Positions 41,576-56,837 of a stretch of DNA of 64,000 nt are shown here, one piece after another (the stretch's first letter is position 1; each line of letters opens with the position of its first letter). Location of the stretch: sequence record LC727699.1. One strand, 5' to 3'. The notes under the pieces were generated by a model that searched no databases, had not been told where the DNA came from, and saw nothing but the letters and a program-made list of their open reading frames with translations. The translations under genes and the position numbers were made by a program.

Positions 41576-43093
41576 ATGAACTTAAATAAGTTACTTGATA
41601 GTTTAGAAGGTTATGGTGTTGTCGAAGTAAAAGAAAAAGTCGCGAAAGCCAAACTAAAGCACGCTGCTACAGACGACAAGCAAATATCTAAAGAACCAGA
41701 AGAAGCTGCCAAATTAATTGATGAATTACCAAATGATGTAAAAGCAACTAATAATGGGTTAGATGTTGAAGAAGCACATAAACCTAATATCCATTGGAAA
41801 TCAGATCGTGGTTTAGTTACTGAAGTTGATTCATTTGGTAAAACATACGTCGCATCAGAAGAATATCCAGCATCACCCCATGATACCCGAGAAAGTCCTG
41901 ATAATAGACCTACACCAGTGGATGGTAAAGATTTAGATAGTGATGATGATCATTTAAATATCTTTGCGTATGATACACCTCCATCTCAAAACATGACATA
42001 TCAGCTAAATCAATTACTGCATGCGCGTACTAGTTTAGAATGTTTTATAGATTTATTAAATACCGCTGGTGATAGAGGTATTACTAAACAATCAGCTGCT
42101 TTTATGCACGTTACATTAGAATCAATTGATAAGCTTATCGGCTTTGAAAAGATTAGTATTGAAGATTTTAATGCAACCCCTAGCAGCGCTATGCGTTTTG
42201 TAAATATTTCTCAAGAAGAAATAAAAGAACGTATTGAAAGTATAGGTAAAAAGATACTTGCTTTAATAGTCCATGTTATTGAACAAGCTAAAGTAGCGGC
42301 ACAGCGTGTACTAACTGGAATCAAATCAGTTGAAGATAAAACTGATGAGTTAATTGAAAAAGCGAAAAGTTTAATCAATAAGCCAACTGTATCAAATGAA
42401 AGGGTAACACCTGATTTTGATATGTCAATTAAAATTGACAATCCTAAAATGTTATTCATTGGTGATGAATTTGTTTTAGACGATTTAACTAATGAAACAA
42501 AAGTTAGTCAATTTCTAGCTAAAGAATGGCCAAATATAGCTAGATCAAACATTGATAAAGTAGTTAAATTAATTAAAGACTACGACTTAGAAGATAATGA
42601 ACTAGATAAGTTTAAAGAGGCTTTTGAATTTATTGGTGAAGCTAATCAGTTAGATAAAGTAAAAGATACTTCTCTACCTGGTAATAGTAAACTTATATTC
42701 CAGAAAGATAAATATGCTCCACGACTTGGTGAAGATAAACATGGTGATGGTCCAGATACAATCACGATCGAGCCAAGGCCGCCTGTTGAAGTGCGTAAAA
42801 CATTAGAAGTTAATAAAGAAGCTATTCGTCGTTTAGGTGATCTATTTAAAGCTGAAAAAGATGTCCTTGAACAACTGAAGAAGGTTGCACAGGGCATTGA
42901 GGACATGGAGCTACGTAGGTCTAAAGCTATTTGGAAAGGTGCTCGTGATGATGCAAATGAGATTATATCTTTAGTTAATGGCTTTATTACCGATATGTCA
43001 CCAGAATACGCAACACTAATTAGTTACCTATTACGTATTGCAAAGCAACGAAATGCTGTTTGTAATATGGAATTAGAAAGATATGGCCAATAA
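41576..43093 (+). CDS. phiKZ-type internal head protein (gp94 homolog)
   Basis: DSLEG, TSLE, ISIED, ISQEE motifs; GITKQSAAFMH block. Confidence 0.78.
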   Translation: MNLNKLLDSLEGYGVVEVKEKVAKAKLKHAATDDKQISKEPEEAAKLIDELPNDVKATNNGLDVEEAHKPNIHWKSDRGLVTEVDSFGKTYVASEEYPASPHDTRESPDNRPTPVDGKDLDSDDDHLNIFAYDTPPSQNMTYQLNQLLHARTSLECFIDLLNTAGDRGITKQSAAFMHVTLESIDKLIGFEKISIEDFNATPSSAMRFVNISQEEIKERIESIGKKILALIVHVIEQAKVAAQRVLTGIKSVEDKTDELIEKAKSLINKPTVSNERVTPDFDMSIKIDNPKMLFIGDEFVLDDLTNETKVSQFLAKEWPNIARSNIDKVVKLIKDYDLEDNELDKFKEAFEFIGEANQLDKVKDTSLPGNSKLIFQKDKYAPRLGEDKHGDGPDTITIEPRPPVEVRKTLEVNKEAIRRLGDLFKAEKDVLEQLKKVAQGIEDMELRRSKAIWKGARDDANEIISLVNGFITDMSPEYATLISYLLRIAKQRNAVCNMELERYGQ

Positions 43094-43180
43094 ATATATC
43101 TAAGTGTTCATTTTTATCTAAGTACCTAATTCTATGGTTTATTGTTAAACGCGCGCAAAGAAATTCCTTGAGGAAATAAC

Positions 43181-44824
43181 ATGACATTTAAACTCAATGA
43201 GTATCTAGATAGTCTAGAAGACTATACTGAGGTACCTATTCCTGAAACAGCAGTTGATAAAGTAGCAGCCATGACTAGTGGCGATTGTATTTCTGAAGAC
43301 GCTGTACCTGAAAATACTATTCAAGATGTGACTGACAATAATGTTGGTGTAACACCAACTGCACCAGTGGATGCAGATACCACTATTGTTAATACTCCTA
43401 ATAATGGCGTTATTGTTGAGACTCCAGCTGCTACTCTAGTTGAACAACCAGCTGTACCAGTTACCGTAGTTGAAACAGATGTAGTAACAGAAGTACCCCC
43501 TATTCCTGAACAACCTAATATTGCTGTTGAAACAGTTATTCCAGCAGGTGCCGAAGGAGAGGAACCACAAGGTGGTGAAACAGTAACTCAGCAAATCGCT
43601 GATCAGGCTGCCAAAGATAGTTCTATTCCACTAGCGCATAATGGCGTGGTGCCACAGATCGCTGTTGCAGTGGATATGGATAAACCTACTGATTTCATGG
43701 ACATTGGTAATGCACAAGTAGTTACTACAGCAGTGCAAGATATTAATCAAGGTCTAAATACCGCATATGCCCTAGAGTCGATTAAAGCTCTTGTTCGACA
43801 AGCTGGTATTAATGGTATCAGTCAAAGTACAGCTGCATTTATTCATTCTGCACTCTTACCACATCGTCATGTACTTGGTGATAATACTTTAACTAGCTCA
43901 TTAGAAAACTATACGACTGGTGGTAAAAGTCATTTATATCCAGTTAAGATTTCAACTGAGGATATTAAAGAGTTAAGTCGTAAGGCGCTTGCTTATATCA
44001 AGAAAGCTATTGCTAAACTACGTGAAATTATTAGCCACGTATGGGATAGTCTTAAGAATAGTGTACCGCGTGTGAGCGTAAAAGTTGATGAACTCATTTT
44101 AGCTATCCAAAATGCTAAGTTTGAAAATATACCCAGTGAATTAACGGTTCCTGTTAAAAATGGTGGACCCGTATTTGCTAATGGTAAATTCATTCAGCCT
44201 TCAGCTAACGTTGGATATGGCCCTATTGTTAAATGGATGGCATCTGTATATGCAAAAGACTATGCTACCTACCTAACGAATATTGGCACTGTGCTTAAAG
44301 CTTGGGATCCAGAGCGTAATGATGCTAGCGAACTAGTTGAGAAGATGGACAAACTTCAAGATGGGCCTCTCAAACACTACGCTAGTACATCTAACACTTT
44401 ACCGGGTAATAAGCTTGTAACTACGACTGCTACTCAAGTATATCTAACGGATGATGAGACAGCCGCAGAACCTGGCGCTGAAGTGACTTTAAAGAACTTT
44501 GATAAGAGTCAAGCTAAGAAAGAAGCAGTAGCTCTACGTAATCTGGTTGATGATGCAGCTAATGTTATCACTGGCGGACGGAACATTGTTAAAGCCATTA
44601 AGCAACTTGAAGATGATGTTGATCAACTTTCACGGAAACTAGAGAGTGATAAAATCGACGATGTTTCTAAAGAACAGATCGAAGAAGTATCACGTAAGGT
44701 AGCATCTATTATTACAGATAGTGCACCTAAACATGACTCCATTATTCGTGAAGCAATGCGTTACGCAAATACTGCAACTGGACTTTATAATAGTGTAATT
44801 AACACTAAATTCCAAGCAGAATAA
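43181..44824 (+). CDS. phiKZ-type internal head protein (gp95 homolog)
   Basis: DSLED, ALES, SSLENY, ISTED motifs; GISQSTAAFIH block; Pro/Val/Thr-rich propeptide. Confidence 0.78.
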   Translation: MTFKLNEYLDSLEDYTEVPIPETAVDKVAAMTSGDCISEDAVPENTIQDVTDNNVGVTPTAPVDADTTIVNTPNNGVIVETPAATLVEQPAVPVTVVETDVVTEVPPIPEQPNIAVETVIPAGAEGEEPQGGETVTQQIADQAAKDSSIPLAHNGVVPQIAVAVDMDKPTDFMDIGNAQVVTTAVQDINQGLNTAYALESIKALVRQAGINGISQSTAAFIHSALLPHRHVLGDNTLTSSLENYTTGGKSHLYPVKISTEDIKELSRKALAYIKKAIAKLREIISHVWDSLKNSVPRVSVKVDELILAIQNAKFENIPSELTVPVKNGGPVFANGKFIQPSANVGYGPIVKWMASVYAKDYATYLTNIGTVLKAWDPERNDASELVEKMDKLQDGPLKHYASTSNTLPGNKLVTTTATQVYLTDDETAAEPGAEVTLKNFDKSQAKKEAVALRNLVDDAANVITGGRNIVKAIKQLEDDVDQLSRKLESDKIDDVSKEQIEEVSRKVASIITDSAPKHDSIIREAMRYANTATGLYNSVINTKFQAE

Positions 44825-44837
44825 TGATAGGTGACGA

Positions 44838-44872
44838 CATATTGACGGGGCTCGGAAGAGTCCCGTCTTATG
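44838..44872 (+). terminator. CATAT-hairpin-TTATG element
   Basis: GACGGG...CCCGTC stem; TTATG lies directly before the AGGAG SD of the next gene. Confidence 0.65.
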
Positions 44873-44885
44873 TTAGGAGTTAGCA

Positions 44886-46001
44886 ATGGAATTAATTGAT
44901 ATTTATAAAGATACACCAGATGAAATGATTATTGATCTTGATGAACCTAAAAGACTTGCAGATTTATTATCAGGCGATGAAGCATTAGCTAGGCGAGTGA
45001 TGGATCTATTAGGTGGTATGGAAGATTATAATCAGATCCAAGGGGTTATCAAAGAATTAGAGGATGTGGTATCTACTGAAGATATTAGTGATACTATTAA
45101 ACATGTCATTGATCGAGTTATTAAACTATTTGTCACCACTATTGAGAAACTAATGGATAGTGGAGTAGTATTAGCAGCTACAGCTGAATATGTTGCAATT
45201 CGAGCAGAAAACTTACGAGTTAACAGTCGTGCTAGAACTCGTAAAAATAAGAATCCTACATTCCTAATTACAACTCGTATTCAGAACCTAAGTGTTAGAT
45301 ATAAACCCATTACCAATAGTGCTAATTTGCTATCTCACTTACGTGTGTTAGAGACAGTAGTTGATGGGTATATTAATGGATTAGACAATGTCATCCTAAG
45401 ACCAGCTAGTATCATACCCTCGTATATGACTCCAAATGCTAGTCCAGATGCATTAGCAGAACTACTATTAAACAGTGCTCCAACTAAAATCACCACGCCA
45501 TCTATTTATCGTGATCAAGGTAATCGATTTGTATCGTTGCATTTGCTAGGCAATCATCAGATTGTAATTAACTATAATCCTGATAAGAATGCAAGTGCTT
45601 ATGATCAGTGTAGGGATATTTCTTCACGGTTAGTTCCATCTGAAGAAACCCCTAGACCACTACCAGTCGAAATAGAATTTGAACATTTCAACCATCAAGT
45701 TACTGAAAGTATTATTGATCGAGTTGTTAAGGTAGTTGATAAGATCAATCGTGCAAATGCTGCATCGATGCGTACTCGTCGAAATGAACGGTTAAGGACT
45801 CTTAAAGGTGCATTAATCAGGTTTAGAGATGAACTAACACGTGCTCGTAATGAAGGGCGACCTGATAGAGAAATACAAGAACTTGTTTCATTGGTAGAAA
45901 CATATGTTGATTGGTTGGCTATTCCTTATCACGACCTATTTAAATTAACATGTCGTAATTTGACTGCCATACTCAATGTATGCGATGAAAATCTAAAGTA
46001 A
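44886..46001 (+). CDS. Internal head protein family member (gp96 position)
   Basis: GMEDY and VSTED motifs; AGGAG SD. Confidence 0.72.
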   Translation: MELIDIYKDTPDEMIIDLDEPKRLADLLSGDEALARRVMDLLGGMEDYNQIQGVIKELEDVVSTEDISDTIKHVIDRVIKLFVTTIEKLMDSGVVLAATAEYVAIRAENLRVNSRARTRKNKNPTFLITTRIQNLSVRYKPITNSANLLSHLRVLETVVDGYINGLDNVILRPASIIPSYMTPNASPDALAELLLNSAPTKITTPSIYRDQGNRFVSLHLLGNHQIVINYNPDKNASAYDQCRDISSRLVPSEETPRPLPVEIEFEHFNHQVTESIIDRVVKVVDKINRANAASMRTRRNERLRTLKGALIRFRDELTRARNEGRPDREIQELVSLVETYVDWLAIPYHDLFKLTCRNLTAILNVCDENLK

Positions 46002-46100
46002 GATTCCAGCGCAATATTTTGAATGTTAACGTTCGTCGCTTGGAGTTATGACTAAGACGAATAGCATAACTCATAAACTCTGTACAGAAGGTATATTAAC

Positions 46101-48551
46101 ATGATGGTAAATATTCACAAATATGTAGCCAGCCTTGAGAACCAAGATGGTACGGCTGTGGAACAGGATGTATCCAAAGTCGAGACATCTGTTAAAGATG
46201 ATCATGAACTAGTTCAAGATTTAAAGAAAGATAATGATGCATCTGCAACTATTGAGAATGAAACTGTTAAAACAGATACTGATATTATCTCTGCTGAAGA
46301 ACATGAAGAAACAGCACATGCTGCTGATAAGTCAGCAGTAATTGTTGAAGAAGTTGTACCAGAAGAAACTGTTGTTGAGGAAAGTATTCCTGAACCGCTA
46401 GCTACCACTAGTGTCGAAGAAGGCGAAGAAGCAGTTAAAGTTGCTGAAGCTGAAATCGCTGAAGAAATCGGTACAATTTCTGAAGGCGGTAAAGAGGTTT
46501 TAGATTCAACCACTGAAATTATTGAAGCTGCACAAGATGCGGCTGATGATACTGAACTAGTGCCTGTTGCAGAAGCACCTGGTGAAACAGCAGTGGAATT
46601 AACTCCCACTGAAGAAACCCCACTTGGTGACGAAACTCCGCCTCCTGCACCACTGTCTGAAGAACTTCCAGCTGGTGATGAACCCGTGTCATCCACTATG
46701 GATACACTACCGGATGAAGTATTAGATGCTGGTGAAGTTGTAAGCGAAGCAGTTCCTGGTATCGATGATGATGTAACACCGGAAGAAGCCGGTGCTGAAC
46801 AGACAACTGCTGATGAAAGTTCCAATGATGAACCTGATGCAGAGATTACTGAAACTGAAGAAGTCGATGTTACTGAACCAGCTGTAGCTGATGCTGAAAC
46901 AGAAGTTGTTGAAACCGTGGAAGACACGCCGGATACAACTGATAGTGAAGTAGCTGAAGTAGTAGAGACGGAATCTGAAAGTATCCCTGCTGAAGCTGAA
47001 CCGGATGAAATCGTAGCAGTTGATGAAGAAGTAGCTGTAACTGATCCAATTGTAGAAGAAGCTGCCGAAACAGCAGAAGTAGCTGAAGACGGCTTAAGCG
47101 AATTGGAAGAAGTTCGGGATGAAGCTGAAGAAGAATTAACTAATGATGACAGTGATTCTACTGATGTATTAATTAATGAAGCTGAAACTGAAGAAACAGT
47201 TGCTGAAACTGAAACAGCATCTACTATTGCTGAACCAACAATTGAAGAAGGTGCAGTTGAAGATGATAGTGAAACAATTGTCGCTGAAGCTGATGATGAT
47301 GTCTCTGAAGATGACATCGAAGAGAAACTAGCTGAAGGTGAAATTGATATTCCAGATGTCGATGTAGAAGTAACTGAAGATGATGTTGAAGAAGCAGATG
47401 AAGCTGCTGATGAGGCAGTTGCTGAAGCTGATGATCTTGAAGATGAAGTTGAGGACAGTAAGAAGACCATTGGTCAATTACTTGAAGAGCAGGCATCAAA
47501 TGAATCAATGCTTGAGATTCTGCATTATGGACTAGAACATAAGCAGTATAGCCCTCAGTTCATCGTTCATGCTAATAGCTGCTTAGAACGTCTACACAAT
47601 GCCTTTGATGTCTATTCACCTGGTATTCCAGCAATGGAAGATTATGGTTATGGTAATCTAGAAGATTACTATAAGGCGATGGTTACTTCACTAGAATCAT
47701 TTAATAGCACTATTGGTAAGTTTGTTCGAAATATTATCGACAATATTGCTGAAGGTGCAAATGCATCCATCCATGTTAAAGCTAACCAAAAAGAACTCGC
47801 CGCAGCTAATACTAAAGCTGACCAACTTCTAGTTAAGCTTAAAGACACTGATAATTTTGAAAGTAAAGAAATCAAAATTAATGGTATTCTAAAAGGTGAT
47901 GATAATCTAGTGCGTGGTGTTGCTGGAGAGGTTCGTCGTATTAGCGATATTATTAACAAATGCTTTAAAATCGATGGTGAATACATCGAACGTTTAGTTG
48001 GTCATCTAGCAACTGCTATTGAAGCTGATAGTGAAGAAGCTATTGATAAGGCTCTAGAAGAAGCAACTAAATTAGAAGTACCTGTTAAGAAATATCCTGA
48101 AAGCGCATTCATTAGTGGAAAACTAGAAGGTAGTTTTACCTTCGAGAAGTCTGGCCGTGATGTAACTGGTCGCACTAGTAAAGATATTGAACGATTAGCT
48201 GCTATTGCACTTCCAACTGGTGAATGGGGTGCTACCGGTACTGCTACTGCTAAAGTTAGCCGTAAGGACGTTACTGAACTAATGAAACTTTCTAAAGTTC
48301 TAATTGGTCTTGGTAATGCCTCTCTAAAAGTTAGCGGTAACCGCGGTGTACGTCGTCTTGACCAAGCTAACCGTGATATCTCTAAAGTGGCTAGCATGGA
48401 TAGTAAAGCCGGTAAAAAGAAAGTCCGGCAACTAGCTAGTGCAGTATGGGAAGTTGTTGGCCAATCGGCTGAAAACCACACCGTTCTAGTTGATTACATT
48501 GTAGCTCTTACCAATGCAATTAACACTGCTGTGAATCGTGCCATTAAGTAA
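46101..48551 (+). CDS. Inner-body protein with very long acidic propeptide (gp97 homolog)
   Basis: ASLEN, PAMEDY, TSLES motifs; about 450-aa E/D/A/V/T-rich N-terminus. Confidence 0.8.
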   Translation: MMVNIHKYVASLENQDGTAVEQDVSKVETSVKDDHELVQDLKKDNDASATIENETVKTDTDIISAEEHEETAHAADKSAVIVEEVVPEETVVEESIPEPLATTSVEEGEEAVKVAEAEIAEEIGTISEGGKEVLDSTTEIIEAAQDAADDTELVPVAEAPGETAVELTPTEETPLGDETPPPAPLSEELPAGDEPVSSTMDTLPDEVLDAGEVVSEAVPGIDDDVTPEEAGAEQTTADESSNDEPDAEITETEEVDVTEPAVADAETEVVETVEDTPDTTDSEVAEVVETESESIPAEAEPDEIVAVDEEVAVTDPIVEEAAETAEVAEDGLSELEEVRDEAEEELTNDDSDSTDVLINEAETEETVAETETASTIAEPTIEEGAVEDDSETIVAEADDDVSEDDIEEKLAEGEIDIPDVDVEVTEDDVEEADEAADEAVAEADDLEDEVEDSKKTIGQLLEEQASNESMLEILHYGLEHKQYSPQFIVHANSCLERLHNAFDVYSPGIPAMEDYGYGNLEDYYKAMVTSLESFNSTIGKFVRNIIDNIAEGANASIHVKANQKELAAANTKADQLLVKLKDTDNFESKEIKINGILKGDDNLVRGVAGEVRRISDIINKCFKIDGEYIERLVGHLATAIEADSEEAIDKALEEATKLEVPVKKYPESAFISGKLEGSFTFEKSGRDVTGRTSKDIERLAAIALPTGEWGATGTATAKVSRKDVTELMKLSKVLIGLGNASLKVSGNRGVRRLDQANRDISKVASMDSKAGKKKVRQLASAVWEVVGQSAENHTVLVDYIVALTNAINTAVNRAIK

Positions 48552-48555
48552 CAAA

Positions 48556-48588
48556 CATAACGGGGAGCCTTCATGGCTCCCTTTTATG
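48556..48588 (+). terminator. CATAA-hairpin-TTATG element
   Basis: GGGAGCC-TTCAT-GGCTCCC stem after stop 48551. Confidence 0.7.
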
Positions 48589-48616
48589 CTGTTAGACCAT
48601 GATCTTATGATCTTAA

Positions 48617-51672
<3,056 letters not shown>

Positions 51673-51676
51673 TACC

Positions 51677-53650
<1,974 letters not shown>

Positions 53651-53666
53651 TTTATTTAGGTGTATT

Positions 53667-54089
53667 ATGGAACAACTATTTATACGAGTTGATGTGAGGT
53701 GGTCACAACAATTCTTTTCTGAATTAAAACAATACTTTAATTATACCGCAAAAGATGAAGATGATCTTAACTACTTGATCATTCTTTATATTAAAGAACG
53801 ACATAATTTCTTTTGGACATGTGTTCCAGATAGATACAATGATGTAATGTGTAGTTTCTATAAATCAATTTGTGGTTATCCAATAAATCCTAATATCATT
53901 GCAAATAGATTTGATCAACTCTATCGTGAGATTATGAATAGCTTATTACAAATAAAAGGTATTATCAAAGATATAGTTGCTGTTAAAACAAAAGAAGGGG
54001 ATATCGAGGGATTCATTATACATTCTGAATCACTACCTAGGTCCTATCCAAGACCTACTAATTGGAAAGGTGTATTTGAAAGATCTTAA
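53667..54089 (+). CDS. Hypothetical protein (gp102 position); probable start ATG 53667
   Basis: AGGTG SD. Confidence 0.65.
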   Translation: MEQLFIRVDVRWSQQFFSELKQYFNYTAKDEDDLNYLIILYIKERHNFFWTCVPDRYNDVMCSFYKSICGYPINPNIIANRFDQLYREIMNSLLQIKGIIKDIVAVKTKEGDIEGFIIHSESLPRSYPRPTNWKGVFERS

Positions 54090-54110
54090 ACAGTATATTA
54101 CACATATGAA
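54072..54110 (+). promoter_or_regulatory. Early promoter, copy 2
   Basis: GTATTTGAAAGATCTTAAACAGTATATTACACATATGAA; TTAAACAGTATATTAC core. Confidence 0.65.
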
Positions 54111-54128
54111 CTAATGTGGAGTATATAC

Positions 54129-54254
54129 ATGGAAAACATCCCTTTAAATAAACCTAAACAACCGGTAGTACCTGAAACATGGATAAAACTTCATCATGTG
54201 GTCGTGTTATTCATTCTCTCACTAATAGGAACTTTAATCTTCAATGGTATTTAG
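54129..54254 (+). CDS. 41-aa single-TM protein MENIPLNKPKQPVVPETWIKLHHVVVLFILSLIGTLIFNGI
   Basis: GGAG SD; first ORF after the early promoter; below the ORF-track cutoff. Confidence 0.6.
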   Translation: MENIPLNKPKQPVVPETWIKLHHVVVLFILSLIGTLIFNGI

Positions 54255-54262
54255 GAGGACAT

Positions 54263-54655
54263 ATGTCATTTATAATTGCTATATGTCTAGCAGTAATGGT
54301 AATAGGTATTTTTACTATTGGATCTAAAGTTAAAGCTTTATGGAATCTTATAAATGGTAAAACTTTAAATGAGCATAGGAAATGGCGCGCAGACTTTAAT
54401 GAAGTAATTCAATGGCTTCATGAAGGTGCCTTCTTTACTAAATCAGGTTTATTTAAAGATCAAGCTATCTCGATTAGATTGTGTGAGCTATCGCGCAGTA
54501 AGAAATTATTCCCAATGCTACGGCGTTCTAAGTTCGAAGTTATAACTGCTAAGGTATTTAGGGAAATAACTGGTGAGCCTTCAGAGTATAATTATTACTT
54601 GAAATTTAATAAGGCTTATATTGGCTTCTACAACGCTAATCCAGAAATCCAATAA
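54263..54655 (+). CDS. Signal-anchored hypothetical protein; probable start ATG 54263
   Basis: AGGAGG SD; N-terminal TM segment SFIIAICLAVMVIGIFTIG. Confidence 0.7.
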   Translation: MSFIIAICLAVMVIGIFTIGSKVKALWNLINGKTLNEHRKWRADFNEVIQWLHEGAFFTKSGLFKDQAISIRLCELSRSKKLFPMLRRSKFEVITAKVFREITGEPSEYNYYLKFNKAYIGFYNANPEIQ

Positions 54656-54735
54656 GCCTGGAAATGCACCCAATCTAATGAGAAGGTCTATGTTTTGATC
54701 TTCTCATTAGTACTCTTGTAGAAGGAGCCATTATC

Positions 54736-55224
54736 ATGGCTGAATTTATTATAGGTAAAGATATATTCAATGTACCTGGTGATCTTTATCTAATCACTGT
54801 TAATGTTGTTGGCGTCATGGGCGCTGGTTTAGCTAAATCGTTTAAAGAAAAGTATCCTGAACTTTTTGAAAGATACAAACACGATTGCAAAAAGAGAATT
54901 ATTACTATTGGTAATCCGGTTATTTACAAAGCATCCGATGGCAAACGTTTTATGATGTTTCCCACTAAGGATAATTGGCGGAACCCATCTCAAATTAGTT
55001 TCATTGAACGTGGACTAGAGTGGATGATGGAGAACGTATCGGATTCTGCGGAAAATGAAGAAGACTGTATTCATCCAGATTGGAAAATTATCATACCACC
55101 TTTAGGATGTGCTAATGGCGGACTAGATTTTTCTGATGTTAGAACTATCATTGAAGACTGGTCTAATCACATGCCTAACCAAATTGTGGTTGTTTATCCG
55201 CCGTGGATGGATTCATCGGTTTAA
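54736..55224 (+). CDS. Macrodomain ADP-ribosyl hydrolase, DarG/TARG1 (Poa1p-like) type (gp104 position)
   Basis: VNVVGVMGAGLAKSFKEKYP, FPTKDNWR, PPLGCANGGL motifs. Confidence 0.88.
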   Translation: MAEFIIGKDIFNVPGDLYLITVNVVGVMGAGLAKSFKEKYPELFERYKHDCKKRIITIGNPVIYKASDGKRFMMFPTKDNWRNPSQISFIERGLEWMMENVSDSAENEEDCIHPDWKIIIPPLGCANGGLDFSDVRTIIEDWSNHMPNQIVVVYPPWMDSSV

Positions 55225-55255
55225 CATTAGCCTTCCCATTAGGGAAGGCTTTATG
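55225..55255 (+). terminator. CATTA-hairpin-TTATG element
   Basis: AGCCTTCCC-ATTA-GGGAAGGCT stem. Confidence 0.7.
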
Positions 55256-55259
55256 CCGT

Positions 55260-55299
55260 GTATTCAAAGCATTTTAAACAGTATATTACATTTGTGATA
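55260..55299 (+). promoter_or_regulatory. Early promoter, copy 3
   Basis: GTATTCAAAGCATTTTAAACAGTATATTACATTTGTGATA; near-identical to 17533-17572. Confidence 0.72.
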
Positions 55300-55347
55300 T
55301 TACTGTAAACCATATCATACAACTTAATGTAAATAGGGGCTTTTATA

Positions 55348-55686
55348 ATGAAATTCAATACGATTGCAAAAGGTGTATCTTTTCTTCTGGCCACTGCATC
55401 ACTGGCTGGAACTGGGTATGTTATCTACAAGAAGGCTAAGGAAACTAAAGCTAACTTTGACAAACTCATGGGTTTCAGGGATCAGTTTAAAAGTATTTCA
55501 AAAGAGTATGGCGAATCAGATGAGTTCATGATGTTCGTCAATACTGCAATGACCGAGACAACGGACAGTGCTGTTGCTGAGAGCAATATTGAAAAACATC
55601 GACTGGATGTAATTCGTAATAAACTGTCGATCATTTATGGTGATGGCTATACGAATCAAGTATTCGATACAGTTCGTAAGATGTAA
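55348..55686 (+). CDS. Signal-anchored small protein (112 aa)
   Basis: Hydrophobic N-terminus followed by YKKAKETK. Confidence 0.72.
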   Translation: MKFNTIAKGVSFLLATASLAGTGYVIYKKAKETKANFDKLMGFRDQFKSISKEYGESDEFMMFVNTAMTETTDSAVAESNIEKHRLDVIRNKLSIIYGDGYTNQVFDTVRKM

Positions 55687-55795
55687 AAATGGATAGGGCC
55701 TCACTGAGGCCCCATTCAAATATGATTACGATAATAAAATTATATTTGAATGAGTTTGTTAAACCTTTAATTAATGTAAAAAAGGAAAATACAAA

Positions 55796-55957
55796 ATGAA
55801 TATTGATAAAGTTAAACTTCAAAAACTTATCGCGGATGTACCTGAGGCACCTAAACCTAAGAAGATCGGAAATGTCATCACCAAATATGTGGAGATAGCG
55901 TTAGGAGTATATGTTGGTATTGTAATAGCTAAACGTGTTCTAAATATCAAGTTTTAA
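55796..55957 (+). CDS. 53-aa protein with C-terminal TM segment (MNIDKVKLQKLIADVPEAPKPKKIGNVITKYVEIALGVYVGIVIAKRVLNIKF)
   Basis: AAGGA SD; 24-nt start region identical to that of the 56838 gene. Confidence 0.65.
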   Translation: MNIDKVKLQKLIADVPEAPKPKKIGNVITKYVEIALGVYVGIVIAKRVLNIKF

Positions 55958-56002
55958 CATAATCAAAATAAATCTACATTCATTAACTAATAGGGTATTA
56001 TC

Positions 56003-56320
56003 ATGCTTTCCATTATCGGTAATGTTGTAAAAACTGGTCTCATGCTGGCCGGCACCATCTACGTGTTCGAAGTCGGTGTGACTGTTTATAATGAGATTAA
56101 ATTAGAAAAGAATATCCGTGAAAAAGTAAAGGGCTATTCTGATTATATTAAATCTAATTCAGGTGATTGCACCGTGGAATTAATGACGGACTTTATTGAA
56201 GTAGAGCTCATGTACATCATTAATGATGGATTGGATATGTTTAACACCATCAGTGATAAACATCGAATTAAATCAAAAATCCGTAACTGGATTAAGGATG
56301 CAATTAACAATGAACTCTAA
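56003..56320 (+). CDS. Signal-anchored small protein (105 aa)
   Basis: Hydrophobic N-terminal helix; AGGG SD. Confidence 0.7.
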   Translation: MLSIIGNVVKTGLMLAGTIYVFEVGVTVYNEIKLEKNIREKVKGYSDYIKSNSGDCTVELMTDFIEVELMYIINDGLDMFNTISDKHRIKSKIRNWIKDAINNEL

Positions 56321-56750
56321 GCTATCTCTTACATTAGGGATGGTAAGTGGAGCCGTACTCGGTAAGCTTGCTTGGGATTCTAGAGAAAAACTTTATGAAT
56401 TCTATTATGGACGAATTATTATACATAGATTAAAAGCCTATCAGAAAACGATCGATGTAGATAAGCTACCTTTTCACCCTGCAACTGCAATGATTCATTA
56501 TCTTAAAGCTAGTATTAATGCTTCCAAGGAGACACTTGTGTCACTGGATCTTCTTGAGAGTATTAATGAAGTAGGGCTTAAATATATTGAGTCAGTGCGA
56601 TGCCGTTATGATACTGCATGGCATATGAGTCTGCACAGGCGGCTTGTTAAACGGCAGAAAGAGATTGAAGAAGAGAATCGTCGTATCGAAGAAGAAGAAC
56701 GACGTAATCGGAAACAACTTGATCTGTTCGATGATGTGTCAGATGTGTAA
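56310..56750 (+). CDS. Signal-anchored protein with charged coiled-coil C-terminus; probable start ATG 56310
   Basis: AAGGA SD; LSLTLGMVSGAVLGKLAW N-terminus. Confidence 0.7.
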   Translation: MNSKLSLTLGMVSGAVLGKLAWDSREKLYEFYYGRIIIHRLKAYQKTIDVDKLPFHPATAMIHYLKASINASKETLVSLDLLESINEVGLKYIESVRCRYDTAWHMSLHRRLVKRQKEIEEENRRIEEEERRNRKQLDLFDDVSDV

Positions 56751-56758
56751 CTGATAAT

Positions 56759-56780
56759 GGGAGTCTTCGGACTCCCTTTT
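56759..56780 (+). terminator. Intrinsic terminator GGGAGTC-TTCG-GACTCCC-TTTT
   Basis: UUCG tetraloop stem plus U tract. Confidence 0.8.
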
Positions 56781-56837
56781 ATTTTCTGCATCGTAATATT
56801 TTTTAATCACTTCAATAAACGTAAATAGGTATACAAA

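Noticed and set aside
46214-47470. 418-aa minus-strand Ser/Ala/Thr-rich ORF
   Set aside because: Antisense shadow of the GAA/GAT/GCT-rich acidic propeptide of the gp97-like gene; low complexity and no SD
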